Source of the DNA: Candidatus Eiseniibacteriota bacterium | Lineage (GTDB): Bacteria; Orphanbacterota; Orphanbacteria; Orphanbacterales; Orphanbacteraceae | Assembly: GCA_043809585.1 (NCBI GenBank) | Contig: JBDROZ010000076.1 | Span: 1 to 58,185, forward strand | Reading direction: 5' to 3' | Length of the DNA: 58,185 bases | Shown here: in pieces, positions 39,619-50,103 of the stretch | How the letters are laid out: the number at the start of each line of letters is the position of its first letter | How positions within the stretch are numbered: the first letter of the stretch is position 1 | Position numbers and translations under genes: made by a program | Notes under the pieces: generated by a model | Told to the model about the DNA's origin: nothing | Seen by the model: only the letters and a program-made list of their open reading frames with translations | The model's database searches: none

Positions 39619-41079
39619 GTGACCTTGGACCTGTTCGGGCCGATCGACAAGAAGGTGCGGAAGAACACGGTGAAGCGGTGCCGGGAGCGGAACATCCGCA
39701 TCCCGACCCTCGCCGAGATGAAAGACCCCTCCAAGGTCCCGGCGGCGATCCGGGGGCGCCTCCCGAAAGTCGGCCTCGACGACATCGACCCCGCCAACCT
39801 CTATCGCATCACCTGGAAGAACGACCCCGAGACCGGCCTCTTCCACGACAAGAACTGGATCGAGTTCCCGCCGTCCCTCACCGGCGTCGACGCCCGCATC
39901 GTCGGCCTCGTCGGACGCTGGTTCCCGACAGGGGCCCACAAAGTCGGCGCCGGCTTTGGCTGCCTCGTCCCCCGCCTCGTGAACGGCACCTTCGACCCGA
40001 CCGCCCAGAAGGCCGTCTGGCCCTCCACCGGCAACTACTGCCGGGGGGGCGCCTTCGACTGCGCCCTCCTCGCCTGCCACGCCGTCGCCATCCTCCCCGA
40101 GGGGATGAGCCGGGAACGCTTCGACTGGCTCCGGGAGATCGGCGCCGAGGTGATCGCGACCCCCGGTTCCGAGTCGAACGTGAAGGAGATCTTCGACAAG
40201 TGCCACGAGATCCGGAGGACCCGCCCCGACTGCGTCATCTTCAATCAATTCGACGAGTTCGGAAACTCGGTCTGGCACTACCATGTATCCGGCGCCTTCG
40301 CCGAGGAGGTCTTCGCGCAGGTCCGCGTAGCCAACTCCCGGTTCGCCGCCTTCGTCTCCGCCACCGGCTCCGCCGGGACCATCGCCGCCGGCGACTACCT
40401 CCGGACCAAGTTCCCCCACCTCAAGGTCACCGTCGCCGAGGCGCTCCAATGCCCGACCCTCCTCGAGAACGGCTTCGGCGAGCACGGCATCGAGGGGATC
40501 GGCGACAAGCACGTCCCCTGGATCCACAACGTCCGGAACACGGACTTTCTCGCCGCCGTGGACGACGCCGGGACCCGCGCCCTCCTCCGACTCTTCCACG
40601 AGCCGGGAGGGGCGAAATACCTCGAGGCGCGGGGAGTTCCGGTGGAGACAGTGAAAAAACTCCCCCTGCTCGGTATCTCGTCCATTTGCAACCTCGTGGC
40701 CGCGATCAAGACCGCCCGGTACTACGAGATGAACGGCCGGGACGTCCTCTTCCTCCCCCTCACCGACTCGTCCGAGCTCTACCTCTCCCGCCTCGCCGAA
40801 ATGAGGGAGGCCCACGGAGCCCTGGACGCCGACGGGGCGGCCCGCATCTACGGGCGCCATCTCCGGGGGATCACGACCGACCACGTCCAAGATCTCGGCT
40901 ACCGCGACCGGAAGCGGCTCCATAACCTCAAGTATTTCACCTGGGTCGAGCAGCAGGGGAAGAGGGTGGAGGAACTGAACCGACTCTGGGACCCGGACTT
41001 CTGGGTTGAGACGTTCGCGGTCGCGGACGCCTGGGACCGGGCGATCGAGGAATTCAACCGGGAAACCGGCCTCGGCTAG
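39619..41079 (+). CDS. Fold-type II PLP-dependent enzyme (cysteine/threonine synthase-like beta family)
   Basis: FPTGAHKVGA (PLP lysine), WPSTGNY, ATGSAGT, IEGIGDKHVPW; RBS aaggag. Confidence 0.85.
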   Translation: MTLDLFGPIDKKVRKNTVKRCRERNIRIPTLAEMKDPSKVPAAIRGRLPKVGLDDIDPANLYRITWKNDPETGLFHDKNWIEFPPSLTGVDARIVGLVGRWFPTGAHKVGAGFGCLVPRLVNGTFDPTAQKAVWPSTGNYCRGGAFDCALLACHAVAILPEGMSRERFDWLREIGAEVIATPGSESNVKEIFDKCHEIRRTRPDCVIFNQFDEFGNSVWHYHVSGAFAEEVFAQVRVANSRFAAFVSATGSAGTIAAGDYLRTKFPHLKVTVAEALQCPTLLENGFGEHGIEGIGDKHVPWIHNVRNTDFLAAVDDAGTRALLRLFHEPGGAKYLEARGVPVETVKKLPLLGISSICNLVAAIKTARYYEMNGRDVLFLPLTDSSELYLSRLAEMREAHGALDADGAARIYGRHLRGITTDHVQDLGYRDRKRLHNLKYFTWVEQQGKRVEELNRLWDPDFWVETFAVADAWDRAIEEFNRETGLG

Positions 41080-41108
41080 GCCCCCAGGGAGCCCCCTCCA
41101 TAATCGTC

Positions 41109-41137
41109 TGGACAACCGTGAGTTGGATCTGTATAAT
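41109..41137 (+). promoter_or_regulatory. Sigma70 promoter
   Basis: TGGACA-17 nt-TATAAT. Confidence 0.6.
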
Positions 41138-41224
41138 TACAATTGTGATTGATTGGGCGCTCCGATCCGTGGTCTCCCCCGCTACGCTCACGAAGTACTT
41201 TCTCAGGAGAAGGAGAAGAACGGC

Positions 41225-42844
41225 ATGAAGTTTGTGAAGAATCGTCGTTTCGGCCGGATTGTCGGCAGCGTGGCCATCCTGATCCTCCCGCTCCTTCTTC
41301 TCACCTCGAGCCGCTCCTCGGTGGATAGGGCGGACGGTCTGCTGGCGAATGCCGAGTTCTGCGGATTCGACGGCGGCGATCGTGCCTTCAAGTGCATACA
41401 CGTTCCCGGGTTGGTCGATGTATGCCTCCACCCGGACACGGACAGGGCGACGGCCGAGGAGATCCTGCGCAATCTGCCGACCTATCTCGGCGTCGAAGCC
41501 GCCGAGGGGATGGGCAAGGACACGTACTCCCTGGGCGGCCGCTGGAGCTACACCGCCACCGACGGCATGACCGGGGTCGAAGGGGACCCGATCACGATCA
41601 CCTGGGGTTTCGTACCGGACGGGACGATGGCGGACGGGCAGCCGAGCACGCTCCATGCCGACTTCACCGCCCAGTGGGGGGGGAGCACTGCCTGGATGAC
41701 CAAGATCCGGAACGCCTTCGATCGCTGGGGTTGGGCGGTCGGCATCAGCTACGCGGAGGTCGACGACGACGGGGCCGTTCTTCCGGGCTCGCCCGGCGTC
41801 CTCGGCACCCGGGGCGACTGCCGGCTTTCCGGCCACTCCATCGACGGAGCCGGCGGCGTTCTCGCCTACAACTGGTACCCAAACGGCGGGGACATGGTGA
41901 TCGATACGGACGACACGGCCTACTACTACAACCCGACCAACAACTACGGGGTTCTGAAGAACGTCATCGCCCACGAGCACGGCCACGGCATCGGCCTCGG
42001 CCACGTGACCCCCGAGGACTGCACCAAGCTGATGGAGGCTTACTCCTGCCCCCCCTATTGGGTCGGTCCCCAGGACGACGACATCCGGGGCGCCCAGCGC
42101 TACTACGGCGACATTTACGAGAACAATGACGTGATTGCCGAGCCCTTCGATCTCGGCACGCTCGTGGACACGATCTTCGCCGACTACGCGGCGATCGAAC
42201 GAGGATCGGACGAGGATTGGTACCGGTTCACCGGCAGCGGCACCGTCAGGATCGAGGTCGATCCGATCGGCTCCGCCTACACCATCGGCAATCAGGGCGG
42301 GCCCCCGCCCACGTACGTGCGAACCGACTCGATCAACGACCCCGACTTCTGTCTTTACACCGGGGCCGGCGTCCTCCTGGACAGCGTCTACGCCATGGGC
42401 GTAACGGAGACCGAGATCGTGGACTACGCGCTGCCCGCCGCCGGCGACTACTTGATCAAGGTCTTCCGAAAGGGCGGAAGCGGGAACGGGATCCAGCGGT
42501 ACGAGATGACTATCACCGTGGGCAGCATCGTCACGGACGTCCAGATCGCGGACGGGCAGGTCCCCGCGCGGGCCCTCGAGTTCCAGGTCGCGCCGAACCC
42601 GTTCAACCCGCTCACGACGGCCAAGTTCTTCGCCTCCGCCGCCGGTCCGTACACGGTGGACGTGTACGACGTGAGCGGCCGCCTCGCTCGCCGCATCGAC
42701 GGCCTCGCCTCCGGCGCCGGTTGGATCGATGTGCCGTGGAATGGCAAGGACGGGAACGGTTCGGACGTGGCGAGCGGCGTCTACCTATTGCGGCTTACCC
42801 ACGGCGACCGGAGCGAGACGAAGCGCGCCGTCCTCGTCCGTTAG
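41225..42844 (+). CDS. Secreted matrixin (M10 metzincin) metalloprotease with a PPC-like domain and FlgD-type C-terminal sorting domain
   Basis: HEHGHGIGLGH, Met-turn KLME, GPQDDDIRG; C-terminal PNPFNP...VYDVSGR..WNGKD..VASGVYLLRL..KRAVLVR. Confidence 0.9.
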   Translation: MKFVKNRRFGRIVGSVAILILPLLLLTSSRSSVDRADGLLANAEFCGFDGGDRAFKCIHVPGLVDVCLHPDTDRATAEEILRNLPTYLGVEAAEGMGKDTYSLGGRWSYTATDGMTGVEGDPITITWGFVPDGTMADGQPSTLHADFTAQWGGSTAWMTKIRNAFDRWGWAVGISYAEVDDDGAVLPGSPGVLGTRGDCRLSGHSIDGAGGVLAYNWYPNGGDMVIDTDDTAYYYNPTNNYGVLKNVIAHEHGHGIGLGHVTPEDCTKLMEAYSCPPYWVGPQDDDIRGAQRYYGDIYENNDVIAEPFDLGTLVDTIFADYAAIERGSDEDWYRFTGSGTVRIEVDPIGSAYTIGNQGGPPPTYVRTDSINDPDFCLYTGAGVLLDSVYAMGVTETEIVDYALPAAGDYLIKVFRKGGSGNGIQRYEMTITVGSIVTDVQIADGQVPARALEFQVAPNPFNPLTTAKFFASAAGPYTVDVYDVSGRLARRIDGLASGAGWIDVPWNGKDGNGSDVASGVYLLRLTHGDRSETKRAVLVR

Positions 42845-42869
42845 GTCCCTTGCCGTGATTTGTTCTTCG

Positions 42870-42901
42870 AGGCCCCGGGTCATTCGGCCCGGGGCCTTTT
42901 C
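42870..42901 (+). terminator. Intrinsic terminator
   Basis: aggccccggg/cccggggcct stem followed by a T-run. Confidence 0.75.
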
Positions 42902-42979
42902 TCGGTCGTCCTCGCGTGGGGCCCCTCTCTTCCGATCGCTTGTCAAAGAGAGATTGCCGGTGGTATCCTCGTCAGCGGG

Positions 42980-45900
42980 ATGGCGAATCCGAATCTTCAA
43001 CGAAATCAACGGACTGTGACGACTCCCGAAAAAGGTCTCAGCGCGCTGGAGATCAACCTCCAACGGACCGCCTCCAGGGTGGAGATCCCCGCGGAGCAGC
43101 GTATCCTGCTCGACGCCACCCGGGAGTCGGTGGGGGTCCTCGAAAAGACCCGGGCCCTTCTCGAGGAGGTCAACCACCCCTACGCCAACTGGGGGCACGT
43201 CCTCGGCGAGCTCCGCAACTACGGCCCGGGGAATATCTACCACCACAATGCCTACGAGAAGGGGGACGAAGCGATCCGCGTCGTCATGAGGATCTTCCTC
43301 ACCGTGGCCGACCGGGGGGAGTCCTCCGCCCTTCGCCTCGAGGCGCTTCGCGCCCTTCTCCGCTATCTCGAGAAAGTGGTCGAAGCGTCGGACGGGATGC
43401 GCGAACGGAACCGCCCCGTCGTCGCCGAGGGAGTTCTCGGCATTCTCGAGCGCTTCGAGACGGATGAGCGCACGTCGGCCCTCCTCTCCGGCGCCGCCCG
43501 GCGGCTCGCCCGGATCGTTCAGAGCCACGATCCCGAACTCGAGCCGGATCTCATGATCCGTTTCCTCACCCGGACCTTGGACGACACGTACCGGACGTGG
43601 CTCGCCCTGCCCGACCCGGCCGGATGGATCGCGGCCTCCGACCGGGACAGGCTCCCTTCGATCGAGAAGATCCGCCATTCCACCCTGGAGGCGTGCCGCG
43701 CCCGGCTCGGGGCCGCGGGGGACGGCGACGCGGACCGACTCGTGGAGGGCCGGGAGGAGCTCCCGGACCAGACGGCACTCGAAGAGCTCTACATGCAGGC
43801 GGCGGACGAGGTGGAGAAGCTCCACGAAGGGTGGGAGGGGTACACGGGCAAGGTCCTCTTCCTCCTGAAGATCCTCGACTCGCCTCTTCTGCGGAACGTG
43901 CGCGAGACGGCCCTCCGGGCGGTGAACCGGGCCCTCTCCCGGGCCTTCCGGCTCGAGGAGCGGCCGAGCGCGGACCGCTTCATCGACGCCGTTTTCGATT
44001 CCTTCGGCCGGGGGTGGCTCCAACACGACACGACGGTGCTCGACTGTATCCACACCATCGCCGTCGACGTCCTCCGCTCCGGGGACGACCGACTGATCCA
44101 GAAGGTGGTCGACCGCATCCTCGATCACGGTTTCGAGACGCCCGAGATCCGGGGCGTGAACGAGCTCTGGCAATTCGAGGTGAACCCGGCCCACATCAAG
44201 AACATCCGGTCCTGGGTGGAGCTGATCGCCATGGACCCGGTGCGGATGAGGCGCCTCCTCGCCGCCCTCGTCTTCCATCTGAGGATGGGGGGCGTCTTCG
44301 TGAGCGACACCGATCTCTTCCAGAAGGACATGGCCGGGCTCCTGAACGCCGACATTCGGCCCGTCTTCAACATGGTCAAACAGCTCGGCAAGCTCTTCCC
44401 GATCTACTTCGCCGAGATAGGCGCCGAGGGCCAGGTGCGCCACGTCTCGACCCGCATCGACGAAATCGGCCGGCGCCACGATTCGGTGATCCACTTCCTC
44501 CGGAAGCAGTGCCACGTGGAAAGCTCGTACCGGTTGATCCCCTTCTGCGAGGCGGTGTTCCACTACTGGGCGGCGGGGGAGGACCGGGAGCTCCGGGCCC
44601 ATCTGCCGCCGGAGATCTTCGACCGCGTGGCGGAGGAAGAGGAGCACCTGGACGAGATGCGCCCCCTCTTCGGGCCGCTCATGGAAAAGACCGATGCCTT
44701 CCCTCAGGCCTTCCTCGCCCTCACCGGGGAGGAGACGGAGGGCCTCTTCGACGCCTGTCACGTGGTCTCCGAGGAGACGCGCGAGAAGGCCGTCAACATG
44801 GTCAAACTCTACCAGTTGCTCGATCAGAAGTACCGGATCGGGCCGCGGGGCGTGATGGAGACGCTCGAGGCGTCCGCCCTGGTGGACGCCGAATCGGCGC
44901 GCTCCCTCCGCCGGAACATGGAGAAGAGGCGCCATCTCCGGGCGCTCGAGACGGTCGTCGAGATACTCGAGGCTCTGAAGGAGATCGTCCTCGATCCCGA
45001 ACCCGCGGAGTCCCGGGAGGACATCTACCACAAGCGCCACATCGCCGCCGGCATCCCCTCCATGTACGGGCGTTTCCTGAACCGCAAGCTCGAAGCCCTC
45101 GGGCTGACGTACCGTCTCGAGAGCTTCGGGGGGGTCCTCTTCGAGAAGCTCCTGGAGGAGGAGAACCTTCACTACCTGACGAAGCGGGGCCTCACGCGGA
45201 TCGCCGACTGGCTCGTGCTTTTTCAGCGGGCCCTCTGGGTGGACGGCATCTCCGGGCGGGGCCTCGGCGCGCGCATCGACATGCTGAAGAGCGGCGTCCG
45301 TCTCGAGAACCTCACCATCGACCAGTTCATCAACATCTTCCAGTTCACGTCCCGGACCCTCCGGGAGATCATCCGGGAGACGATCGTGGCGGTCTACGAG
45401 AACGACATGGACCGGATCGCCCCGGCCTACCTTCCCGAGGACACGGGGGACCGGCCGGACCGGGAGTGGATCCACATGCGGTTCGAGACGTTCCTGCGCG
45501 ACCAGATGAGTTCCTGTTTCGCCCTGCAGACCCTGGACAACCTGCTCAGCCGGATCCTGTCGACGCTGACCTACGAGGCGGAGACGTTCAGCCGCGCCAC
45601 CCGCAACCTGCTGATGAGCTACGACATCGACCGGTGCTTCGTGCCCCTCCTCGCCGCGGGCCCCGTGCAGCACGATCCGATCCTTCTCGGCCACAAGGGG
45701 TCCTTCCTCCGGCAGATGGCGAGTTTCGGCTACCCCGTGCCGGCGGGTTTCATCGTGACCACCGAGGTGTACCGCACCTACGACACGCTCGTCGCCTTCC
45801 GGGATCTCCGGAAGCACAGCCTCGCGAAGATGACCGAACACCTCCGGGAGGTGGAGCGGCGGACGGGGCGGCGGTTCGGCGACCCCGAGAAGCCGCTGCT

Positions 45901-47164
45901 CCTCTCGGTGCGAAGCGGCTCGGCCATCTCCATGCCGGGCATTCTCGATACCTTCCTGAACGTGGGAATCAACGAGGAGGTCGCCGCGGGGCTCGCCCGG
46001 CAACCGCGGTTCGGATGGGCGGCGTGGGACAGCTACCGCCGCTTCCTGCAGCTCTGGGGCATCTCCTTCGGCGTCCCCCAGGAGACCTTCGACCGGATCT
46101 TCGAGGATTACAAGAAGCGCTACTCGGTGGCCAAGAAGGCGCGCTTTTCGACCGACCAGATCCGTGAGGTCGCCCTCGCCTGCCGTGCCGCGATCCTCGA
46201 CCATGGTGTGGAGGTCGAAGAGGACCCGGTGAAGCAACTCCGCCATTGCATCGAACGGGTTCTCCAGTCGTGGGACGCGGACCGGGCCCGGCTCTACCGG
46301 AAGGAGATGAAGATCGCCGACGATTGGGGAACGGCGGTAGTGGTGCAGGCGATGGTCTACGGCAACCTGGACGAGCGCTCCGGCACGGGCGTTCTCTTCA
46401 CGCGGAATCCGCGGGTGAAGACCGGGGGAGTCCAACTCTACGGCGACTTCGTGCTCCGCTCCCAGGGGGAGGACGTGGTCCGGGGCGTGGTGGAGACGTA
46501 CCCGATCTCGGAAGAGCAACGGCGGCTATCGAGCCAGCAGTCGGACATGTCCCTCGAGTCGAGCTTCCCCGATATCTACGGGGAGCTCCTCCGGATCGGC
46601 GAGGACCTCGTGCTCACCCGGGGATTCAACCACCAGGAGATGGAGTTCACCTTCGAGGACACGGACGTCCGCTCCTTTTACATGCTTCAGGCCCGGGACA
46701 TCATCACGCCCGACCAGCGGATGGTGACCACTTTCGTCGCCACGGAAGATCTGGAAAGATCGTACGTGGGGCGGGGCATCGGGGTCGGCGGCGGCGCCCT
46801 CTCGGGGAGGGCCGCCCACAACGAGAAGGAGATCGACGACCTCTGGAAGCGCTACCCGGACTGCAAGATCATCCTCCTCCGGGCGAACACGGTGCCCGAG
46901 GACATGCACATGATCTTCCTCGCCGACGGGCTTCTCACTTCCCGGGGCGGGGCGACCTCCCACGCCGCGGTGGCGGCCCAGCGTGTCGGCCGGACCTGCG
47001 TGGTCGGCTGCCGGGGCCTCACGGTGGACGAGCGGAAGGGGCGCACCCTGATCGGCGAAGGCGAGATCCGGAGCGGCGATTTCATCAGCATCAACGGTTT
47101 CGACGGGTCCGTCTACCTCGGGCAGCACGAGGTGAAGCAGATCCGGCGTCTCACGGAAATCTAA
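42980..47164 (+). CDS. Large PPDK-related dikinase: long N-terminal region, ATP-grasp domain and phospho-His domain, with no pyruvate-binding barrel
   Basis: LLGHKG..GYPVPAGF, LLSVRSG..SMPG, VQAMVYGN..SGTGVLFTRNP, QGEDVV, GGATSHAAV; ends shortly after ISINGFDGSVYLG. Confidence 0.85.
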   Translation: MANPNLQRNQRTVTTPEKGLSALEINLQRTASRVEIPAEQRILLDATRESVGVLEKTRALLEEVNHPYANWGHVLGELRNYGPGNIYHHNAYEKGDEAIRVVMRIFLTVADRGESSALRLEALRALLRYLEKVVEASDGMRERNRPVVAEGVLGILERFETDERTSALLSGAARRLARIVQSHDPELEPDLMIRFLTRTLDDTYRTWLALPDPAGWIAASDRDRLPSIEKIRHSTLEACRARLGAAGDGDADRLVEGREELPDQTALEELYMQAADEVEKLHEGWEGYTGKVLFLLKILDSPLLRNVRETALRAVNRALSRAFRLEERPSADRFIDAVFDSFGRGWLQHDTTVLDCIHTIAVDVLRSGDDRLIQKVVDRILDHGFETPEIRGVNELWQFEVNPAHIKNIRSWVELIAMDPVRMRRLLAALVFHLRMGGVFVSDTDLFQKDMAGLLNADIRPVFNMVKQLGKLFPIYFAEIGAEGQVRHVSTRIDEIGRRHDSVIHFLRKQCHVESSYRLIPFCEAVFHYWAAGEDRELRAHLPPEIFDRVAEEEEHLDEMRPLFGPLMEKTDAFPQAFLALTGEETEGLFDACHVVSEETREKAVNMVKLYQLLDQKYRIGPRGVMETLEASALVDAESARSLRRNMEKRRHLRALETVVEILEALKEIVLDPEPAESREDIYHKRHIAAGIPSMYGRFLNRKLEALGLTYRLESFGGVLFEKLLEEENLHYLTKRGLTRIADWLVLFQRALWVDGISGRGLGARIDMLKSGVRLENLTIDQFINIFQFTSRTLREIIRETIVAVYENDMDRIAPAYLPEDTGDRPDREWIHMRFETFLRDQMSSCFALQTLDNLLSRILSTLTYEAETFSRATRNLLMSYDIDRCFVPLLAAGPVQHDPILLGHKGSFLRQMASFGYPVPAGFIVTTEVYRTYDTLVAFRDLRKHSLAKMTEHLREVERRTGRRFGDPEKPLLLSVRSGSAISMPGILDTFLNVGINEEVAAGLARQPRFGWAAWDSYRRFLQLWGISFGVPQETFDRIFEDYKKRYSVAKKARFSTDQIREVALACRAAILDHGVEVEEDPVKQLRHCIERVLQSWDADRARLYRKEMKIADDWGTAVVVQAMVYGNLDERSGTGVLFTRNPRVKTGGVQLYGDFVLRSQGEDVVRGVVETYPISEEQRRLSSQQSDMSLESSFPDIYGELLRIGEDLVLTRGFNHQEMEFTFEDTDVRSFYMLQARDIITPDQRMVTTFVATEDLERSYVGRGIGVGGGALSGRAAHNEKEIDDLWKRYPDCKIILLRANTVPEDMHMIFLADGLLTSRGGATSHAAVAAQRVGRTCVVGCRGLTVDERKGRTLIGEGEIRSGDFISINGFDGSVYLGQHEVKQIRRLTEI

Positions 47165-47200
47165 GCGGCCGCGGCGGCGGCCGGCGGAAGGGGGCTATCG

Positions 47201-48457
47201 GTGAGCGAGAGGAAAATCCTGGGGATCAACTCCCTGGGACGGATCGGCAAGCTGACGCTCTGGCACCACGCGGGACGGAAGTACTTCGACGGGATCGTGG
47301 TGAGCCAGGGGCGCGAGGTGGGGTTGGACCTCGAGGCGTTTTGCGAGACGATCTCGAAGGACTCGACCTACGGGCCGGTTCATCACGTCCTCCACGGGCG
47401 GGGGGCGGAGCCGTGCGTCAAGATCGAGGACCGGGGGAAGAAGCTCCTCCGGGTGAACGGCGTTCCGGTGACGATCCTCACGGAACAGCGGAACCCGATG
47501 AACATCCCGTGGCGGGAGCACGGGGCGCGCATCGTGGTCGACTGCACGGGGCAGTTCAACGATCCGACCCTCCTCGAGGACGACGCGAAAGGTTCCCTCC
47601 GGGGACATCTCGTGGGGGGCGCCGAGAAGGTGCTGAACAGCGCCGATCTGAAGCCGAAGGCCCGGGGGACGACGATGCCCGGCGACGCGGTGGTGCTGAT
47701 CTACGGGGTGAATCACGAGGCCTACGACCCTTCGACGCACCACGTCATCTCCGCCGCCTCGTGCACCACCACCGGTCTCGCCCACATGATGAAGCCCCTC
47801 ATCGACACGCTCGGCGTGGAGTCGATCGTCACCGCGTCCATGTCGACGATCCATGCGGCGACGAACACCCAGAGCGTCCTCGACAGCGTGCCGAAAACGG
47901 GGGCGAAGGACCTCCGGAAGACCCGGAGCGTCTTCAACAACATCATCCTCACCTCGACGAACGCGGCGGCGGCCCTCGAGAAAGTGATCCCCGTGATCCG
48001 CTCGATCGGCTTCATGGCGGACTCGGTGCGGATCCCGACGACCACGGCGTCGCTCATCGTGCTGAACCTGACGTTCCGGAGCGCCCTCGACGTCAACGGC
48101 GAGCCGACGATCCACCGGGAGCGGCTGAACGGGATCTACACGGACGCGGGGAAGGCGGCCCAGAAGGGGCTACTGAAACTCTCCATGGAGCAGAACGTGT
48201 CGACCGACATGATCGGCGAGGACGCGGCGGTGGTGATCGAGGGGGTGGAGACGCACACGCGGACCGGCTTCCTCGTTCTCGATCTCTCCACGGTGCCGGG
48301 GCTCCCGAAGGAGGCCCTTGCGGCGGTGAAGGAACCGACGATCAAGGTCCCGGTCACCCATGCCAAGATCTTCGGCTGGTACGACAACGAGTACGGCTCG
48401 TACACCAACCGCCTCGCGGAGCTGACCCTTCACGTGGCGGAGCGGATGTATTCGTAG
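47201..48457 (+). CDS. Divergent second GAPDH-family dehydrogenase
   Basis: GINSLGRIGK, KDSTYG, VVDCTG, ASCTTTGLA, TIHAAT, GWYDNEYGSY; insertions relative to the canonical gap. Confidence 0.88.
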   Translation: MSERKILGINSLGRIGKLTLWHHAGRKYFDGIVVSQGREVGLDLEAFCETISKDSTYGPVHHVLHGRGAEPCVKIEDRGKKLLRVNGVPVTILTEQRNPMNIPWREHGARIVVDCTGQFNDPTLLEDDAKGSLRGHLVGGAEKVLNSADLKPKARGTTMPGDAVVLIYGVNHEAYDPSTHHVISAASCTTTGLAHMMKPLIDTLGVESIVTASMSTIHAATNTQSVLDSVPKTGAKDLRKTRSVFNNIILTSTNAAAALEKVIPVIRSIGFMADSVRIPTTTASLIVLNLTFRSALDVNGEPTIHRERLNGIYTDAGKAAQKGLLKLSMEQNVSTDMIGEDAAVVIEGVETHTRTGFLVLDLSTVPGLPKEALAAVKEPTIKVPVTHAKIFGWYDNEYGSYTNRLAELTLHVAERMYS

Positions 48458-48641
48458 GAGCGCGAGAGTCTCGCCTCCCGCCACCTCCTCTTCTGCACCC
48501 TGGAATGAATGTGCTCGTGGGCGGCATCCGTCCGGAGGGGGACAGGGCTCGCAGAGGTCAGATTGATGTCCTCGTAACCGGAAGCTCGGGCGAGACCCGT
48601 CCCCCACCCACTCCGAAGTTGATGAGCTCGGTTTGGTTTCG

Positions 48642-48825
48642 GAAAACAAGGGACAGTCACCCATTTCCCGCGCGATCCCCGCCCTCGCGACGAAACGGAC
48701 TCGGCCCCGCGACCCGCCTGCCTGATGATGGTTCCCGGCGGAGAAGGCGGAATCCGACTCGGCCCCGCGACCCCTCTCCACGCGTTCGGCTGAAGAGTGC
48801 GAAAACAGGTGACTGTCACCATTTC
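48642..48825. repeat. REP-like repeat cluster
   Basis: gaaaacaagggacagtcacccatttc and gaaaacaggtgactgtcaccatttc flank an 18-bp direct repeat gactcggccccgcgaccc (48698-48715, 48756-48773); related ggtgtcagtcacc at ~39339. Confidence 0.6.
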
Positions 48826-48843
48826 GACTCTCTCCTGCGATCA

Positions 48844-49959
48844 TTAGAGAAGTTCCGGCCTCAGCGACACCATGAACTCCCACCTGTGAACTCGGGGCAG
48901 ATCCTCGGCCTGGGGAACGCGCGCATAGTCGATTCTCACCCCGACGGGAAGAAGTTCCTCGTTCCCCAGCCCGATCCCCCACGTGTGGTCTTCGATCCTC
49001 CCTTCATGGTCGTCCACATAGCCGCCCCGAAGCGAGAGAATCCCGGCGAGACGAAGCTCCGCCCCATAGTGACCGATGTCGTCCTTCGAACCGACGAGAC
49101 TCTTGTCGTACTCCGCCCCGAGGAAGAGGTTAGCCCGGAGCAGCCGGCGCAGGTCGGCGCCCCAGACGCCGCTGCCCTGATCAAACCCGATGCTCAACCC
49201 GAGCGCCGTGTGAAACTGCCTGGGAAGGTCCTCCGGCTGGTTCTGGTCGTTGTAGACGATCTCTGATCCGTAGTGGAGGATCGAGATTCCTGCGACGGGG
49301 CTGATGAAGAAAGCGGGCTCATCACGGCCGTTGTGGCTGAGAGAGACGCCGGAACTCCCGAAGCGGAACTCCGGCTTGGCGACAACGCCCAGGCTGATCG
49401 ACAAAGCGGTCCCCGTCCCGTCGTCGATCCCGAGCTCCCGGATCTGGGGCGAGAGCTTCGAGTAGGAGTACTCTAAGGCGAGCCCGAACCCGATCATGTC
49501 GAGGGCGGAGCCTCCGACGACGAGGTTGAAGAGGTGGTCGGCGCTCGAGAAGGACCCGATCTGATCACCCTCTTCCGTGATGATGTCACTCTCCCCCAGG
49601 TCCAGGTAGGTGTACCCGAATCCGCCGGCGATTCCGAACTCGGGATCGAAAAGACCGCCATGGAGGTTGAACGTCCAGAGCCGAATATCGTCGGCGAGAC
49701 CTTCGGCCAGCTTCGAGGTCGTCACGTTCGCCTGTATTCTCCGGTCGAGGGCGATCATCCCCGGGTTCCACCAGATCGCGACCGCTCCGTCGTCGACGAT
49801 CGTGGTCATCTCGCCCATACCGCAAGAGCGGGCCGATCCGACAAGAAGGGAAGCCCGGCTCTGCGGCGCGCCGTCCGAAACGGCCCATGCAGGAGTGAAA
49901 TACGCGGTAGAGAGAAGAAGAGAGGGAACGACGAGACCCGAGAGAAGACGTTTGTTCAT
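48844..49959 (-). CDS. PorV/PorQ-family outer-membrane beta-barrel (type IX secretion-associated)
   Basis: Signal peptide; SARSCGMGE..DDGAVAIWWNPG, YLDLGE, LSLRGGY, GIGLG, RIDYA, HRWEF; RBS ggagg. Confidence 0.8.
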   Translation of the reverse strand: MNKRLLSGLVVPSLLLSTAYFTPAWAVSDGAPQSRASLLVGSARSCGMGEMTTIVDDGAVAIWWNPGMIALDRRIQANVTTSKLAEGLADDIRLWTFNLHGGLFDPEFGIAGGFGYTYLDLGESDIITEEGDQIGSFSSADHLFNLVVGGSALDMIGFGLALEYSYSKLSPQIRELGIDDGTGTALSISLGVVAKPEFRFGSSGVSLSHNGRDEPAFFISPVAGISILHYGSEIVYNDQNQPEDLPRQFHTALGLSIGFDQGSGVWGADLRRLLRANLFLGAEYDKSLVGSKDDIGHYGAELRLAGILSLRGGYVDDHEGRIEDHTWGIGLGNEELLPVGVRIDYARVPQAEDLPRVHRWEFMVSLRPELL

Positions 49960-50103
49960 GGACATCCTCCATTCTAAGGAGCTTATAGGACGGAGTATGA
50001 ACAAAAGCCGGGATCAACGTCAACTTCTCTTTGTGATGAGAGACGGGCCGCCGGGAAACGACGATCGGTTGGGGGAGGGACGAATCGCGGGCCGCCTGAC
50101 TCC

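Noticed and set aside
38950-41079. Integrative element at tRNA-Leu
   Set aside because: No integrase and no duplicated tRNA 3' end seen in the window
42785-46519. Long antisense and alternate-frame ORFs (this 1244-aa one, 46246-49266, 385-2049, 52511-55165 and many others)
   Set aside because: Shadows of high-GC codon bias overlapping genes with clear family motifs; no motifs or RBS of their own
42980-47164. Calling the dikinase ppdK or glucan water dikinase
   Set aside because: It lacks the PPDK pyruvate barrel; no recognisable CBM, and the domain order differs from GWD
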